Shown here: piece after piece, positions 18,554 through 27,572 of the stretch | Layout of the letters: every line of letters starts with the position of its first letter | Numbering within the stretch: position 1 is the stretch's first letter | From: Thermoanaerobaculia bacterium | GTDB lineage: Bacteria > Acidobacteriota > Thermoanaerobaculia > Multivoradales > UBA5704 | Assembly: GCA_044226625.1 (NCBI GenBank) | Contig: JBGAGQ010000008.1 | Coordinates: 71,836 to 135,835, forward strand | DNA: 64,000 bases | Direction of reading: 5' to 3' | Program-made: the position numbers and the translations under genes | The notes under the pieces: generated by a model | The model's input: the letters and a program-made list of their open reading frames with translations, nothing else | Told to the model about the DNA's origin: nothing | Databases searched by the model: none

Positions 18554-18942
18554 CCGTTTCGATTCCCAGGTACCGGTTCGTCGGAGGCATCCGCGGCCGT
18601 CTCGACCGAGAGGCCCTCGAGATGCAGCTCGCGCCCCTGGCGGATGTCGCCGCTCGGCGTGCCGCAGATCGGGCAGCGGAATCGATTGACGTCGGGCAGC
18701 TCGACGTCCCGATCACAGGCGCGACAGTAGACGACCAGAGGGACCTCGCGAACGATCAGCCGAGAACCTTCGAGCAGTGTACTCCGAGTCGCGATGTCGT
18801 AGCAGAAGAGCAAAGAGTCAATCGATACGCCCGACATCGCCCCGACCACGATCCGCACCTCGTCGACCCGCCGCGCACCGGCTCGCTCCGCGGCGGGGAT
18901 CGCGAGCTCGACCAGCGAATGAGCGATCGACAGCTCGTGCAT
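18550..18942 (-). CDS. hypA: Hydrogenase nickel metallochaperone HypA
   Basis: MHELSIA N-terminus, CRAC and CPIC. Confidence 0.97.
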   Translation of the reverse strand: MHELSIAHSLVELAIPAAERAGARRVDEVRIVVGAMSGVSIDSLLFCYDIATRSTLLEGSRLIVREVPLVVYCRACDRDVELPDVNRFRCPICGTPSGDIRQGRELHLEGLSVETAADASDEPVPGNRNG

Positions 18943-18954
18943 GCGCCAATCGGC

Positions 18955-19740
18955 TCAGTCGCCGAGGGCCCGACCGTAGCGCTTGGCGACGTAGAGGAAG
19001 AGGCGCAGCGTCGCCTGGATCTGCGGGTCCTTGAGCGAGCGATAGAGGTCCCAGAGGCCGAGCGGTTTGCCCTCCTCCGATTTGAAATCCTGATAGCTCG
19101 CCGCCACGATCCGGCCGAGCTGGGCGAGCACCTCGACCGTTTGCCGGTCGAACATTCCGGCCTCGTTGAGGACGTTGCCCGCGTCGACCAGCCCCGGCAG
19201 CGCCGCCATCACTTTGCGCACCTGCTCGCCGTCGACGTCGGGCAGCGCAGACTTGAGATCGCTCACCCCCGCCGCGACCGACTCGAGCACCGTGTCGCTC
19301 CGGCGCAGGAAGCCGTCGAGCGAGTCGAGGAGGAACGCGGCGACCTCGATCTTTTCGAGCAGACCCGAAAGGCTCGCCAACGTCTTCGGATCCGCGAGCT
19401 TTTCGAGCAGGCCGGAATCGAGCAGCCTCTCCACCTCGGGTCGACCGGCAACCTCCGCCATCCGTTCGCCGGCGCGCAACATCTGGGGGAGCTTTGCGAC
19501 CGCCGCGCCGCTCCCTTCTCCGCCGGCAAGTCCGCGCAGCTCGGTCAACCCTTGGGCGACCGAATCGGCGACCACCTCGGCCCGGCGCAGGAAGCCTTCG
19601 AGCGCCTCGGCGGTGAAGACGATGACGTCGAGGCGGTCGAGCAGCCGGTTGAGCGCGTCGACCGTCGCCGGCTCGGCGAGCCGCTCCTGCAACCGCTCCT
19701 GGGGCGTAAGCACCGCTGCACTTCCGTGGCCGCTCGCCAT
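18955..19740 (-). CDS. DUF1641-type helical protein (HucM/helical membrane plug-in-like) with internal duplication
   Basis: C-terminal KPLGLWDLYRSLKDPQIQATLRLFL; duplicated L(E/D)GFLRR.(E/D).V..SVA.G..(E/D)L segment. Confidence 0.75.
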   Translation of the reverse strand: MASGHGSAAVLTPQERLQERLAEPATVDALNRLLDRLDVIVFTAEALEGFLRRAEVVADSVAQGLTELRGLAGGEGSGAAVAKLPQMLRAGERMAEVAGRPEVERLLDSGLLEKLADPKTLASLSGLLEKIEVAAFLLDSLDGFLRRSDTVLESVAAGVSDLKSALPDVDGEQVRKVMAALPGLVDAGNVLNEAGMFDRQTVEVLAQLGRIVAASYQDFKSEEGKPLGLWDLYRSLKDPQIQATLRLFLYVAKRYGRALGD

Positions 19741-19924
19741 GCTCTGGTCTCTCCCTCGTGCGCTGGGGTCTGCCGATTTCGGGCGTTTATACTCCTCGCA
19801 CCCCCAAGCGACCATGGCATGAACATGCTATTCGGCCCGTCCGAGCCCGAGTCGAGCGAAGCTCGTGCGGCGCGATCCGGGGGCGCGCTTCCCTCCGGCC
19901 CTCGGCCTAGAATCGCCGCAGCGC

Positions 19925-22255
19925 ATGTCCTCCGAGCCGCTACTTCGTCGCCGCCTCCTCGTCGGCGGCATCGTCCAAGGGGTCGGATTCCGTCCGTTCG
20001 TCCACGGCCTCGCGCGCCGCCACGCCCTCGCGGGCTCGGTGCGGAACGTCGCCGGAGGCGTGGCGATCGAGATCGAGGGGCCGGCCGAGGCGGTCGCAGC
20101 GTTCGAGCGCGAGCTGGTCCACGACGCGCCGCCGCTCGCCGCGATCGACGAGATCCGGGCCGAGACGATCGCGCCTCTCGGCGAGCTCGATTTCCGCATC
20201 GAGGCGAGCGGCGCGGCCGAGGCGGTGCCCACCCCGGTCTCCCCCGATGTCGCGGTGTGCGACGCCTGCCGGGCCGAGCTGCTCGATCCGGCCGACCGGC
20301 GCTACCGTTATCCCTTCCTCAACTGCACCGACTGCGGCCCCCGCTTCACGATCATCGAGTCGCTCCCCTACGACCGGCCGCGCACCACCATGCGCCGGTT
20401 CTCGATGTGCCCGAGCTGCCGGGCCGAATACGACGATCCCGAGAGCCGGCGCTTTCACGCCCAGCCGAACGCGTGCCCGGTGTGCGGACCGCGGCTCCGC
20501 TTCGAGCGAGCGGGCGACCCGGCGCTCGAAGGGGAATCCGCGCGAGCCGCCAGCGGAGAGGCGCTCGACCGGGGAGAGATCGTAGCGGTCAAGGGGATCG
20601 GCGGTTTCCACCTCGCCTGCGACGCGAGGTCCGATGCGGCGGTCGCCACGTTGCGCGCGAGAAAAGCGCGCGGCGGAAAGCCGTTCGCGGTGATGGTCCC
20701 CGACCTCGCCGCGGCCCGCCGACTTGCCGAGCTCACCGAGGACGAGGAGCGCCTGCTCGAAAGCCGCGAGCGTCCGATCGTCCTGGTGCGCCGTCGGACC
20801 TCCGCCGAGGCAGGCCGGATCTCAGATCAAGTCGCTCCCGGGCAGGCGACGCTTGGGCTCCTCCTGCCCTATTCGCCGCTCCACCATCTTCTGCTCGCCG
20901 GCCGCGCGCTGGTCATGACCTCGGGCAACCGGAGCGAGGAGCCGATCTGCCGCGACGACGACGAGGCCCGCGAACGGCTCGGCGCGCTCGCCGACGCGTT
21001 CCTCCTTCACGACCGGGAGATCCACGCGGTGTGCGACGACTCGGTGGTCCGCACCTTCGCCGGTCACGAGCTGCCGCTCCGCCGGTCGCGCGGCTACGCG
21101 CCCTATCCCCTGCGGCTGCCGCGCGCCGCGCCGCCGCTCCTCGCCGTGGGGGCGGAGCTCAAGGCGACGTTCTGTCTCGCCACGGAGCGGCGCGCCTTCC
21201 TCTCCCAGCACATCGGCGACCTCGGAAACCTCGAGACGCTCACGGCGTTCGAGCGCGCGGTGGAGCACCTCTCCGGGCTGTTCCGCATCGAGCCCGAGCG
21301 GATCGCCTGCGACCTCCATCCCGGCTATCTCGGCATGCAATGGGCGGAGCGGCTCGCGAGAGAGCGCGCCCTTCCCCTCGTCAAGGTTCAGCACCATCAC
21401 GCCCACGTGGCGGCGGTGATGGCCGAGCATGGCCTGTCCGGCGACCGGCCGGTGCTCGGGGCGAGCTTCGACGGCACGGGCTACGGGCTCGACGGTGCGA
21501 TCTGGGGCGGCGAGATCCTGCTCGCCGACTACGCGAGAGCCGAGCGGATCGCCCACCTTCGCTACGCGCCGCTGCCCGGAGGGGACGCGGCGATCCGCCA
21601 CCCGCGGCGGATGGCGCTCGCCCACCTCGCCGCCGCGGGGATCGAATGGCACCCCGACCTTCCGCCGGTCGCGGCGACGCCGGAGGCCGAGCGGCGCATT
21701 CTCGCGCGCCAGGTCGAGACCGGTTTCGGCACGGTGCCCACGAGCAGCATGGGCCGGCTGTTCGACGCCGTCGCCGCGCTCGCCGGGCTCTGCCAGGAAT
21801 CGCGCTTCGAGGGAGAGGCCGCGATGGCCCTCGAGGCCGCGGCAGAGACCGCCACCGCACCCACCGAGCCCTACCGCTTCGCGTTGCGCGAGGAGGAGAC
21901 CCTGCGGATCGATCCCGCACCCGTGCTGGAGGCCATCGTCCGCGACGTTCGGCGCGGAGAGCCCGCCGCGCGCATCGCCCGAAGCTTCCATGCCGCCGTG
22001 GCCGATGCCCTCGTCGCGGCCTGCATCCACGGTCGTCGTCAAACCGGCGTCCGCACCGTCGCGCTCTCGGGCGGGGTGTTCCAGAACGTCCTGCTGTTGA
22101 GCTTCGCCGTCGAAGGTCTCGCTCGAGAAGGTTTCGAGGTTCTCACCCACCGGAAGGTCCCGCCGAACGATGGCGGCCTCGCGCTCGGGCAGGCGGCGAT
22201 CGCGGGCTTGGGGGGAGGCACGATCGGACCCACCTCGGATTCTCGCCGTTCGTAG
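19925..22255 (+). CDS. hypF: Carbamoyltransferase HypF
   Basis: GIVQGVGFRPF, zinc-finger Cys pairs, KGIGGFHL, QHHHAH, SSMGRLFD, PNDGGL. Confidence 0.97.
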   Translation: MSSEPLLRRRLLVGGIVQGVGFRPFVHGLARRHALAGSVRNVAGGVAIEIEGPAEAVAAFERELVHDAPPLAAIDEIRAETIAPLGELDFRIEASGAAEAVPTPVSPDVAVCDACRAELLDPADRRYRYPFLNCTDCGPRFTIIESLPYDRPRTTMRRFSMCPSCRAEYDDPESRRFHAQPNACPVCGPRLRFERAGDPALEGESARAASGEALDRGEIVAVKGIGGFHLACDARSDAAVATLRARKARGGKPFAVMVPDLAAARRLAELTEDEERLLESRERPIVLVRRRTSAEAGRISDQVAPGQATLGLLLPYSPLHHLLLAGRALVMTSGNRSEEPICRDDDEARERLGALADAFLLHDREIHAVCDDSVVRTFAGHELPLRRSRGYAPYPLRLPRAAPPLLAVGAELKATFCLATERRAFLSQHIGDLGNLETLTAFERAVEHLSGLFRIEPERIACDLHPGYLGMQWAERLARERALPLVKVQHHHAHVAAVMAEHGLSGDRPVLGASFDGTGYGLDGAIWGGEILLADYARAERIAHLRYAPLPGGDAAIRHPRRMALAHLAAAGIEWHPDLPPVAATPEAERRILARQVETGFGTVPTSSMGRLFDAVAALAGLCQESRFEGEAAMALEAAAETATAPTEPYRFALREEETLRIDPAPVLEAIVRDVRRGEPAARIARSFHAAVADALVAACIHGRRQTGVRTVALSGGVFQNVLLLSFAVEGLAREGFEVLTHRKVPPNDGGLALGQAAIAGLGGGTIGPTSDSRRS

Positions 22256-22285
22256 AAAGCCTCCCCGACGATCCAGACGATCCCG

Positions 22286-24535
22286 ATGATCCAAAAACAC
22301 CGCTGGCTCGCCTTCTGCCTCTTCACCCTCTCGCCGCTCGGTGCGCGGGCCGCGGCGGAGCCGCCGATCGAGCGACGGGCCGACAACCTCGCCGCGCTCG
22401 CGCGGCTCGTCTCGGTCGTGCGGTTCTTTCACCCGAGCGACGAGGCCGCCGCCGCGGACTGGAACCGGTTCGCGATGGCGGGGGTCGCCGCGGTTGAAGG
22501 CTCGCCCGATCCCACCTCGCTCGCGCGCTCTCTCGACGAGCTGTTTTGGCCGATCGCGCCGACCGTCCGCGTCTTCCCGACCGGCGCGGCCCCGCCGCCG
22601 CTTCCGGGGGCGCTGTTCGCAAAGAAAGACGCCCCGACCCAGACCGTCGTCTGGCGGCACTTCGGCGGCAAGTTCGAGGGAACTTCGAAAGCCTTCCGCA
22701 GCCAACGGATCGACGACGAGACCCCACCGTTCGGCACGCTGCTCCAGGCGATCGCACCGGGCGATCTCGCGGGGCGGCGGGTCCGGCTGCGCGCGCGGGT
22801 GCGGACCGCGCTCGAACCGGCGGCGAAGCTCCAGCTGGGCCTGCGCGTCGATCGCCCGAGGGGCTCCGAGAGCCCTCCCGGATTCTTCGACAACATGGCG
22901 GATCGCCCCATCGTCGGCTCGACACCGTGGCGGACGGTCGAGATCGAAGGGGAGGTCGCCGGCGACGCCGAGCGGATCGTGGTCCTCGCCGTACTCACCG
23001 GCCAGGGTAGCGTCTGGCTCGACGACCTTTCGCTCGCTCCGACGAGCGGCCGATCCGAGGTCCGACTCGCCAACGCCGGCTTCGACGAAGGGGAACCGGG
23101 GACCGAGCCCGCCGGCTGGTATTTCCCTTACGAATCGATCGGCGCGGGCTACCACCTCGACCTGCGGCGCGGCGCCGAATGCGAGCGCCGGGGCTGCGTC
23201 GCGATCGCCAGCGACGAGGTCGCGGCACCGCGTTTCGCGCGCCCGGACGACGCACTCCTTCTAGACCTCGGCGCGGGGGTGTCCGCCCGCGTGCCGATCG
23301 CTCTTTTCGCCGACGAACGCGGAACCCTCCCGCATCCGAGCCCAGGCGCGCCGGCACCTCCCGGGGCCGCGCTCGATCCCGCGCCGGACGGCCGCGCGGC
23401 GCGGATCGCGGCGCTCCTGCTCGCCTGGGGGAACCTCGGGCAGTTCCACCCGACGCTCTCCCTCTCCCCGGACGAATGGGCGGCCGCTCTGCGCGGTACC
23501 CTGCCGGAAGCGCTCGCCGCGGCGGGCCAAGCCGATCGCGAGCCGTTCCGCCGCGCGGTTCGGAAGCTGCTCGCCCGCCTCGACGACCCGGTGGCGAACG
23601 ACGTGACCCAGCGAGACGATCCGCGCCCCGCCTGGCTGCCGATCGAATGGGAGTGGATCGAGGGGCGGCTCGTGCTCACCCGGGTCGATGCCGAGCGCTC
23701 GGACGTTGCCGAGAGGAGCGTCGTCACCGAGATCGACGGCCGGCCCGCGGCCGAGGTGGTAGCCTCTGAAGGCGCGCTGATCTCCGGGACGAACGCCGAC
23801 GCCCGCCGCGCGCTGGCCCTGGCGGCACTCCGCATGGGTGCCCCCGGAAGCTCGGTTCGATTGAGGGCGCAGGCTCCTTCCGGCGAGGTGTGGAACGCGA
23901 CCTTGCAGAGGCCCGAACGGAATACCGGCGGCTCGGACCCGCCCGCGGTCGTCCCCCTGGAGCCGGGCATCCTTTACGTCGACCTGCGGTCGATGCGCGA
24001 TCCCGATTTCGAAAGAGCAATCCCCCGGCTCGCCGCCGCGAGCGGCATCGTCTTCGACCTGCGCGGTTGGAGCGAGGTGACGATGGGGCTCGTCGCGCAC
24101 CTGATCGGCGCGCCGGTCGACGCCCTCACGTGGGAGGTTCCGGTCTACCAGCTCCCCGACCGGCGTGACGCTCGTTCCCTGCGAACGGTGAACCGCGTAG
24201 CGCCTCAAGCGCCGAGGATCCACGCGAAGGTGGCGTTCCTCGCCGACGCTCGGACGTTCCAGAACAGCGAGCGGTTGCTCGAGACGATCGCCGCCTACCG
24301 GTTGGGAGAGATCGTCGGCTCCCCCTCCGCGGGGAATGTCGGCAACCCGAATTGGAGCGATCTGCCCGGCGGATGGACGATCGCTTGGACCGGGCGCCGT
24401 GCTCTACGGCGCGACGGCACGCCGCTCCGCGGCATCGGCATCGCGCCGACGATCCCCGCGGTGCGGACGCTCGCGGGGGCGCTCGCAGGTCGCGACGAGG
24501 TGATCGAGCGGGCGGTCGCGGCGATCCGGCGGTAG
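22286..24535 (+). CDS. Secreted S41-family peptidase-like protein with carbohydrate-binding-like insert and PDZ-like region
   Basis: Signal peptide; VRFFHPSD, FFDNM.DRPI, VFDLRG, VGSPSAG, GIGIAP. Confidence 0.75.
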   Translation: MIQKHRWLAFCLFTLSPLGARAAAEPPIERRADNLAALARLVSVVRFFHPSDEAAAADWNRFAMAGVAAVEGSPDPTSLARSLDELFWPIAPTVRVFPTGAAPPPLPGALFAKKDAPTQTVVWRHFGGKFEGTSKAFRSQRIDDETPPFGTLLQAIAPGDLAGRRVRLRARVRTALEPAAKLQLGLRVDRPRGSESPPGFFDNMADRPIVGSTPWRTVEIEGEVAGDAERIVVLAVLTGQGSVWLDDLSLAPTSGRSEVRLANAGFDEGEPGTEPAGWYFPYESIGAGYHLDLRRGAECERRGCVAIASDEVAAPRFARPDDALLLDLGAGVSARVPIALFADERGTLPHPSPGAPAPPGAALDPAPDGRAARIAALLLAWGNLGQFHPTLSLSPDEWAAALRGTLPEALAAAGQADREPFRRAVRKLLARLDDPVANDVTQRDDPRPAWLPIEWEWIEGRLVLTRVDAERSDVAERSVVTEIDGRPAAEVVASEGALISGTNADARRALALAALRMGAPGSSVRLRAQAPSGEVWNATLQRPERNTGGSDPPAVVPLEPGILYVDLRSMRDPDFERAIPRLAAASGIVFDLRGWSEVTMGLVAHLIGAPVDALTWEVPVYQLPDRRDARSLRTVNRVAPQAPRIHAKVAFLADARTFQNSERLLETIAAYRLGEIVGSPSAGNVGNPNWSDLPGGWTIAWTGRRALRRDGTPLRGIGIAPTIPAVRTLAGALAGRDEVIERAVAAIRR

Positions 24536-24576
24536 TGAAGATCGGCCGAGCGGCCCGAGCCCGCTCCGGCCTTGGG

Positions 24577-25287
24577 TCAGCGCTCGTCCTCCCACTGGAT
24601 GCCCTGGGGGGGCGAGAACGTCGCCTCGCGGCGCGGCATCTCGCGATAGCTCGCGAGGTCGAAACGGGTCTGGTTTCCTTCCGAATCGCGGTAGGAGACC
24701 TGGACCAGGCGCCGGTCGCCGCCGGAGGCCGAGGGCTCGACGATCAGCAGGGCGTCCTTGATCGGCGAAATCTTCGACTTGGGCGAGAGGGAAACCTCGA
24801 TCCGCGCCCCGGCGAGCGGCCGCGCCGCCGCCTTGTAGCGGGTCTTCAAATCGTCGACTCCAAGCAGGAGCAGATCGAGCCCGGGCTCGGTCTTCCGGTC
24901 GACGGCGTAGCGCCGCCCCGTCTTGTCCTTCGGATTCCAGGCGAAGGCGGTGCCGCCACAGAGCAGGAAACTCTTCGGATACGGATCCTGGTAGTCCCAG
25001 CGCAGACAATCGGGAAGCGCGAGCGCGAGCTTGCCCGTTTCCTTCTCGCCCGAGTTGAAGCCGGCGGGCACGTAAGTCTGGGTAAACGTCGCCTCCAGCG
25101 CCCCGGCCTCGGCCAGATCGGCGCGAACGGCGCGCAAGGTGTCCCAGGCGTCGGGGCTCGGAGCGGCCTCCCCGTCGAGTTGCTTCGGCTCCCGCTCCGG
25201 CACCGGTTTCTGGGCCGCGAACGACCCCGGCGCTCCGAGCACCCCGGCGACGGAAAAGACCAGCAAGAGGTGGATCCCTCGAATCAT
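24577..25287 (-). CDS. lolA: Outer-membrane lipoprotein carrier LolA family protein
   Basis: Signal peptide; ATFTQ...G.L.L..P..LRWDY..P; C-terminal F.PP.G. Confidence 0.75.
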   Translation of the reverse strand: MIRGIHLLLVFSVAGVLGAPGSFAAQKPVPEREPKQLDGEAAPSPDAWDTLRAVRADLAEAGALEATFTQTYVPAGFNSGEKETGKLALALPDCLRWDYQDPYPKSFLLCGGTAFAWNPKDKTGRRYAVDRKTEPGLDLLLLGVDDLKTRYKAAARPLAGARIEVSLSPKSKISPIKDALLIVEPSASGGDRRLVQVSYRDSEGNQTRFDLASYREMPRREATFSPPQGIQWEDER

Positions 25288-25370
25288 CGCAACTCTCCTT
25301 TCGCCTGCCTTCGGATCCGTTCGATCCTCCGGCAGGGGCACGCAAGGCTAGCAAGGTAGACTGACGCCCC

Positions 25371-27398
25371 GTGAGTGGAACCACCTCAGCGCGCCGTTCG
25401 ATCGCCCGCGCCTCGCTCGCGCTCGTCGCGGGGTTTTCGCTGCTCGCACCGGTCGCTTGCAAGCCGCGGACCGCCGCGGCGCCTGACGCCTGGGATCGGG
25501 TCGACCTCTGGTCGCTCCACCCCGAGGTCGAGGTGACCCCGATCTCGAGCCGCTGGTTCCATCCGACGACGCAGAAGATCTCGTTCCTGGGCGCCGCCGA
25601 GGTGCGCGACCTGTCGCGCGTGCCGCCGGAGCAGCTGGTTCATTTCCCACACCGCCCGGCCGGCCAGATTCGCGCGATCGAGCAAGTCGCGGCCTCCCGG
25701 GTCCGCTGGCGGGTGAGCCTAGGGGCAGCACCCTACCTCTCGTTCGTGCCGCTCGGCTTCGAGCGTCCGTGCGCCTGCTCGTACCGGGTTACCGCGAGCC
25801 GGGTGGCGGAGCCGAACGCCTCCGGCGAAGCATCGGCGGCGGCGCCCAAAACCCCGCCCGCCCTCACCGAGATCTACCGCGCCGAGGCGCCGCCGGTCCG
25901 CACCTTCGCGCCGCCGACCGTGACTCTCGATCTCGCGCCGTTCGCGGGCGGAACGGTCGACCTCCGGTTCGAGGTGCTCGGTACGGGGGAACGCCAAGCC
26001 GGGAAGCTCCCCGGGCTCCTCTGGGGAAGCCCCCAGATCCTCTCCCGAAAGGCCCTGCCGGCCGCGACGAACCGCGCCGAACCGCGAAGGCCGAACATCC
26101 TCCTGCTCGGAATCGACACGCTCCGAGCCGACGCGGTCGGCGCCTGGGGGCGCAAGCCGAGCCTCACGCCCGAGATCGACGCCCTGGCCCGCGAGTCGGA
26201 CGTCTACCTGGACGCGTTCAGCGCGTTCAACGTCACGAACCCGAGCTTCGTCTCGATCTTCACCGGCCTCTACGGCAAGAACCACGGCGTCTACGACCTG
26301 GAAACGCCGCTGCCCCGCTCGCACGTGACGCTCGCCGAGCACCTCCACCAGGCGGGCTACGCGACGTTGGCGATCCTCTCGGCGAGCCACCTCCAGGACG
26401 TCAACTCCGGCCTCGGCCAAGGGTTCGACGAAGTGACCCGCCCCACGGAGCACTTCGCGGGCGAGCTCGCCGTGGACATGACCATCGACTGGCTCGCGGC
26501 GCGCCGCGCGAGCGTCGAAGATCAGGGCGCGGGGAAGGCCGGAGCGGCCGGGTCCCCATCGAAGAAGCCGTTCTTCGTCTGGCTCCACCTGTTCGATCCG
26601 CACACCCCCCACACGCCCCCGGAGCCGTTCGCTTCCGGCTACGAGCCGAGCGCTCCGGCGGGGCTCACTCCCGTCGCGACCTGGGCTCCGTTCCGGACGC
26701 CCGGACTGCGCCCCTTCGTCGAGCAGGTCCTCGGCGCGAACAAGGACCTCTACGACGGCGAGGTGGCATACCTCGACCGGCAGGTCGGCCGGCTGCTCGA
26801 TTTCCTCCGCAGCCGCCACATGCTCGAAGACACCGTCGTCGTCCTGGTCGCCGACCATGGCGAGAGCCTGGGAGAGCACGGCGTGTCGTTTCGGCACGTC
26901 GGCCTCCACGACACGACGACCCACGTCCCGATGATGATCCGTTGGCCGGAGCGCCACGGCGTCGGTCGCAGGTTTCATGGGCTGGTGCAGACGATCGACC
27001 TCTTCCCGACCCTGCTCGGCGCGCTCGGGCTTCCCGTGCCGAAGCAAGACGGCGAGGACCTCCACAAGCTCACCGGCCCAGGGCGAGCCGGCCGAAGAGC
27101 GGTCTTCGCAGAGCACGCCGGCCGCCTAGGGTTGATGGTGCGCACGGCCGAATGGAAGTACATCCTCTCGGCCGGCAACACCCGCTTTTTCCCCGATGGC
27201 CCCTCGCTCTATGACCTGCGCACCGACCCGGGCGAGAACGCCAACCGCGCTGGCCAGGGGCTGCCGCAGGAGGCGGAGCTCGAACGCCTGCTCCAGCGGT
27301 TCCTCGCCGATCGCAGGAACCTCCCCCAGCCGACCCCGCGCGGCGACCTCACTCCTGAGGAAGAGCGCCGGCTGCGCGGATTGGGGTACGTGCGGTAG
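25371..27398 (+). CDS. Sulfatase-like (alkaline phosphatase superfamily) hydrolase/transferase, probable lipoprotein
   Basis: PNILLLGIDTLRAD, TNPSF.SIFTG, HLFDPH, YDGEV, ADHGE, RLRGLGY; lipobox-like PVAC. Confidence 0.85.
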   Translation: MSGTTSARRSIARASLALVAGFSLLAPVACKPRTAAAPDAWDRVDLWSLHPEVEVTPISSRWFHPTTQKISFLGAAEVRDLSRVPPEQLVHFPHRPAGQIRAIEQVAASRVRWRVSLGAAPYLSFVPLGFERPCACSYRVTASRVAEPNASGEASAAAPKTPPALTEIYRAEAPPVRTFAPPTVTLDLAPFAGGTVDLRFEVLGTGERQAGKLPGLLWGSPQILSRKALPAATNRAEPRRPNILLLGIDTLRADAVGAWGRKPSLTPEIDALARESDVYLDAFSAFNVTNPSFVSIFTGLYGKNHGVYDLETPLPRSHVTLAEHLHQAGYATLAILSASHLQDVNSGLGQGFDEVTRPTEHFAGELAVDMTIDWLAARRASVEDQGAGKAGAAGSPSKKPFFVWLHLFDPHTPHTPPEPFASGYEPSAPAGLTPVATWAPFRTPGLRPFVEQVLGANKDLYDGEVAYLDRQVGRLLDFLRSRHMLEDTVVVLVADHGESLGEHGVSFRHVGLHDTTTHVPMMIRWPERHGVGRRFHGLVQTIDLFPTLLGALGLPVPKQDGEDLHKLTGPGRAGRRAVFAEHAGRLGLMVRTAEWKYILSAGNTRFFPDGPSLYDLRTDPGENANRAGQGLPQEAELERLLQRFLADRRNLPQPTPRGDLTPEEERRLRGLGYVR

Positions 27399-27572
27399 GG
27401 AGATTCGGCGAAAGGGCGACACCCGCAATCAACTTGGAAATCGTGGAATTCTTTGAAGCCTTGAAGCTAGCAAACAGAACCAAACCCACGACCACGCCAG
27501 GCTAGACGGGCCGCAATGATCCGGAGCCTCCTAAACTCGTGCGGACTACTGAGCCTCGCAACTCTATGTTCG

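Noticed and set aside
19815-19830. Sigma-54 promoter TGGCATGAACATGCTA upstream of hypF
   Set aside because: GG-to-GC spacing is 9 bp rather than the required 10; kept only as a possible palindromic operator.
22265-22292. 9-bp gacgatcc(a/c) triplet before the S41 gene
   Set aside because: Too short and low-complexity to support a function.
18544-22497. 1317-aa ORF and other long Arg/Pro/Gly-rich ORFs (e.g. 39957-43625, 10965-12731, 34006-36288)
   Set aside because: Antisense or off-frame shadows of well-supported genes, expected in high-GC DNA.
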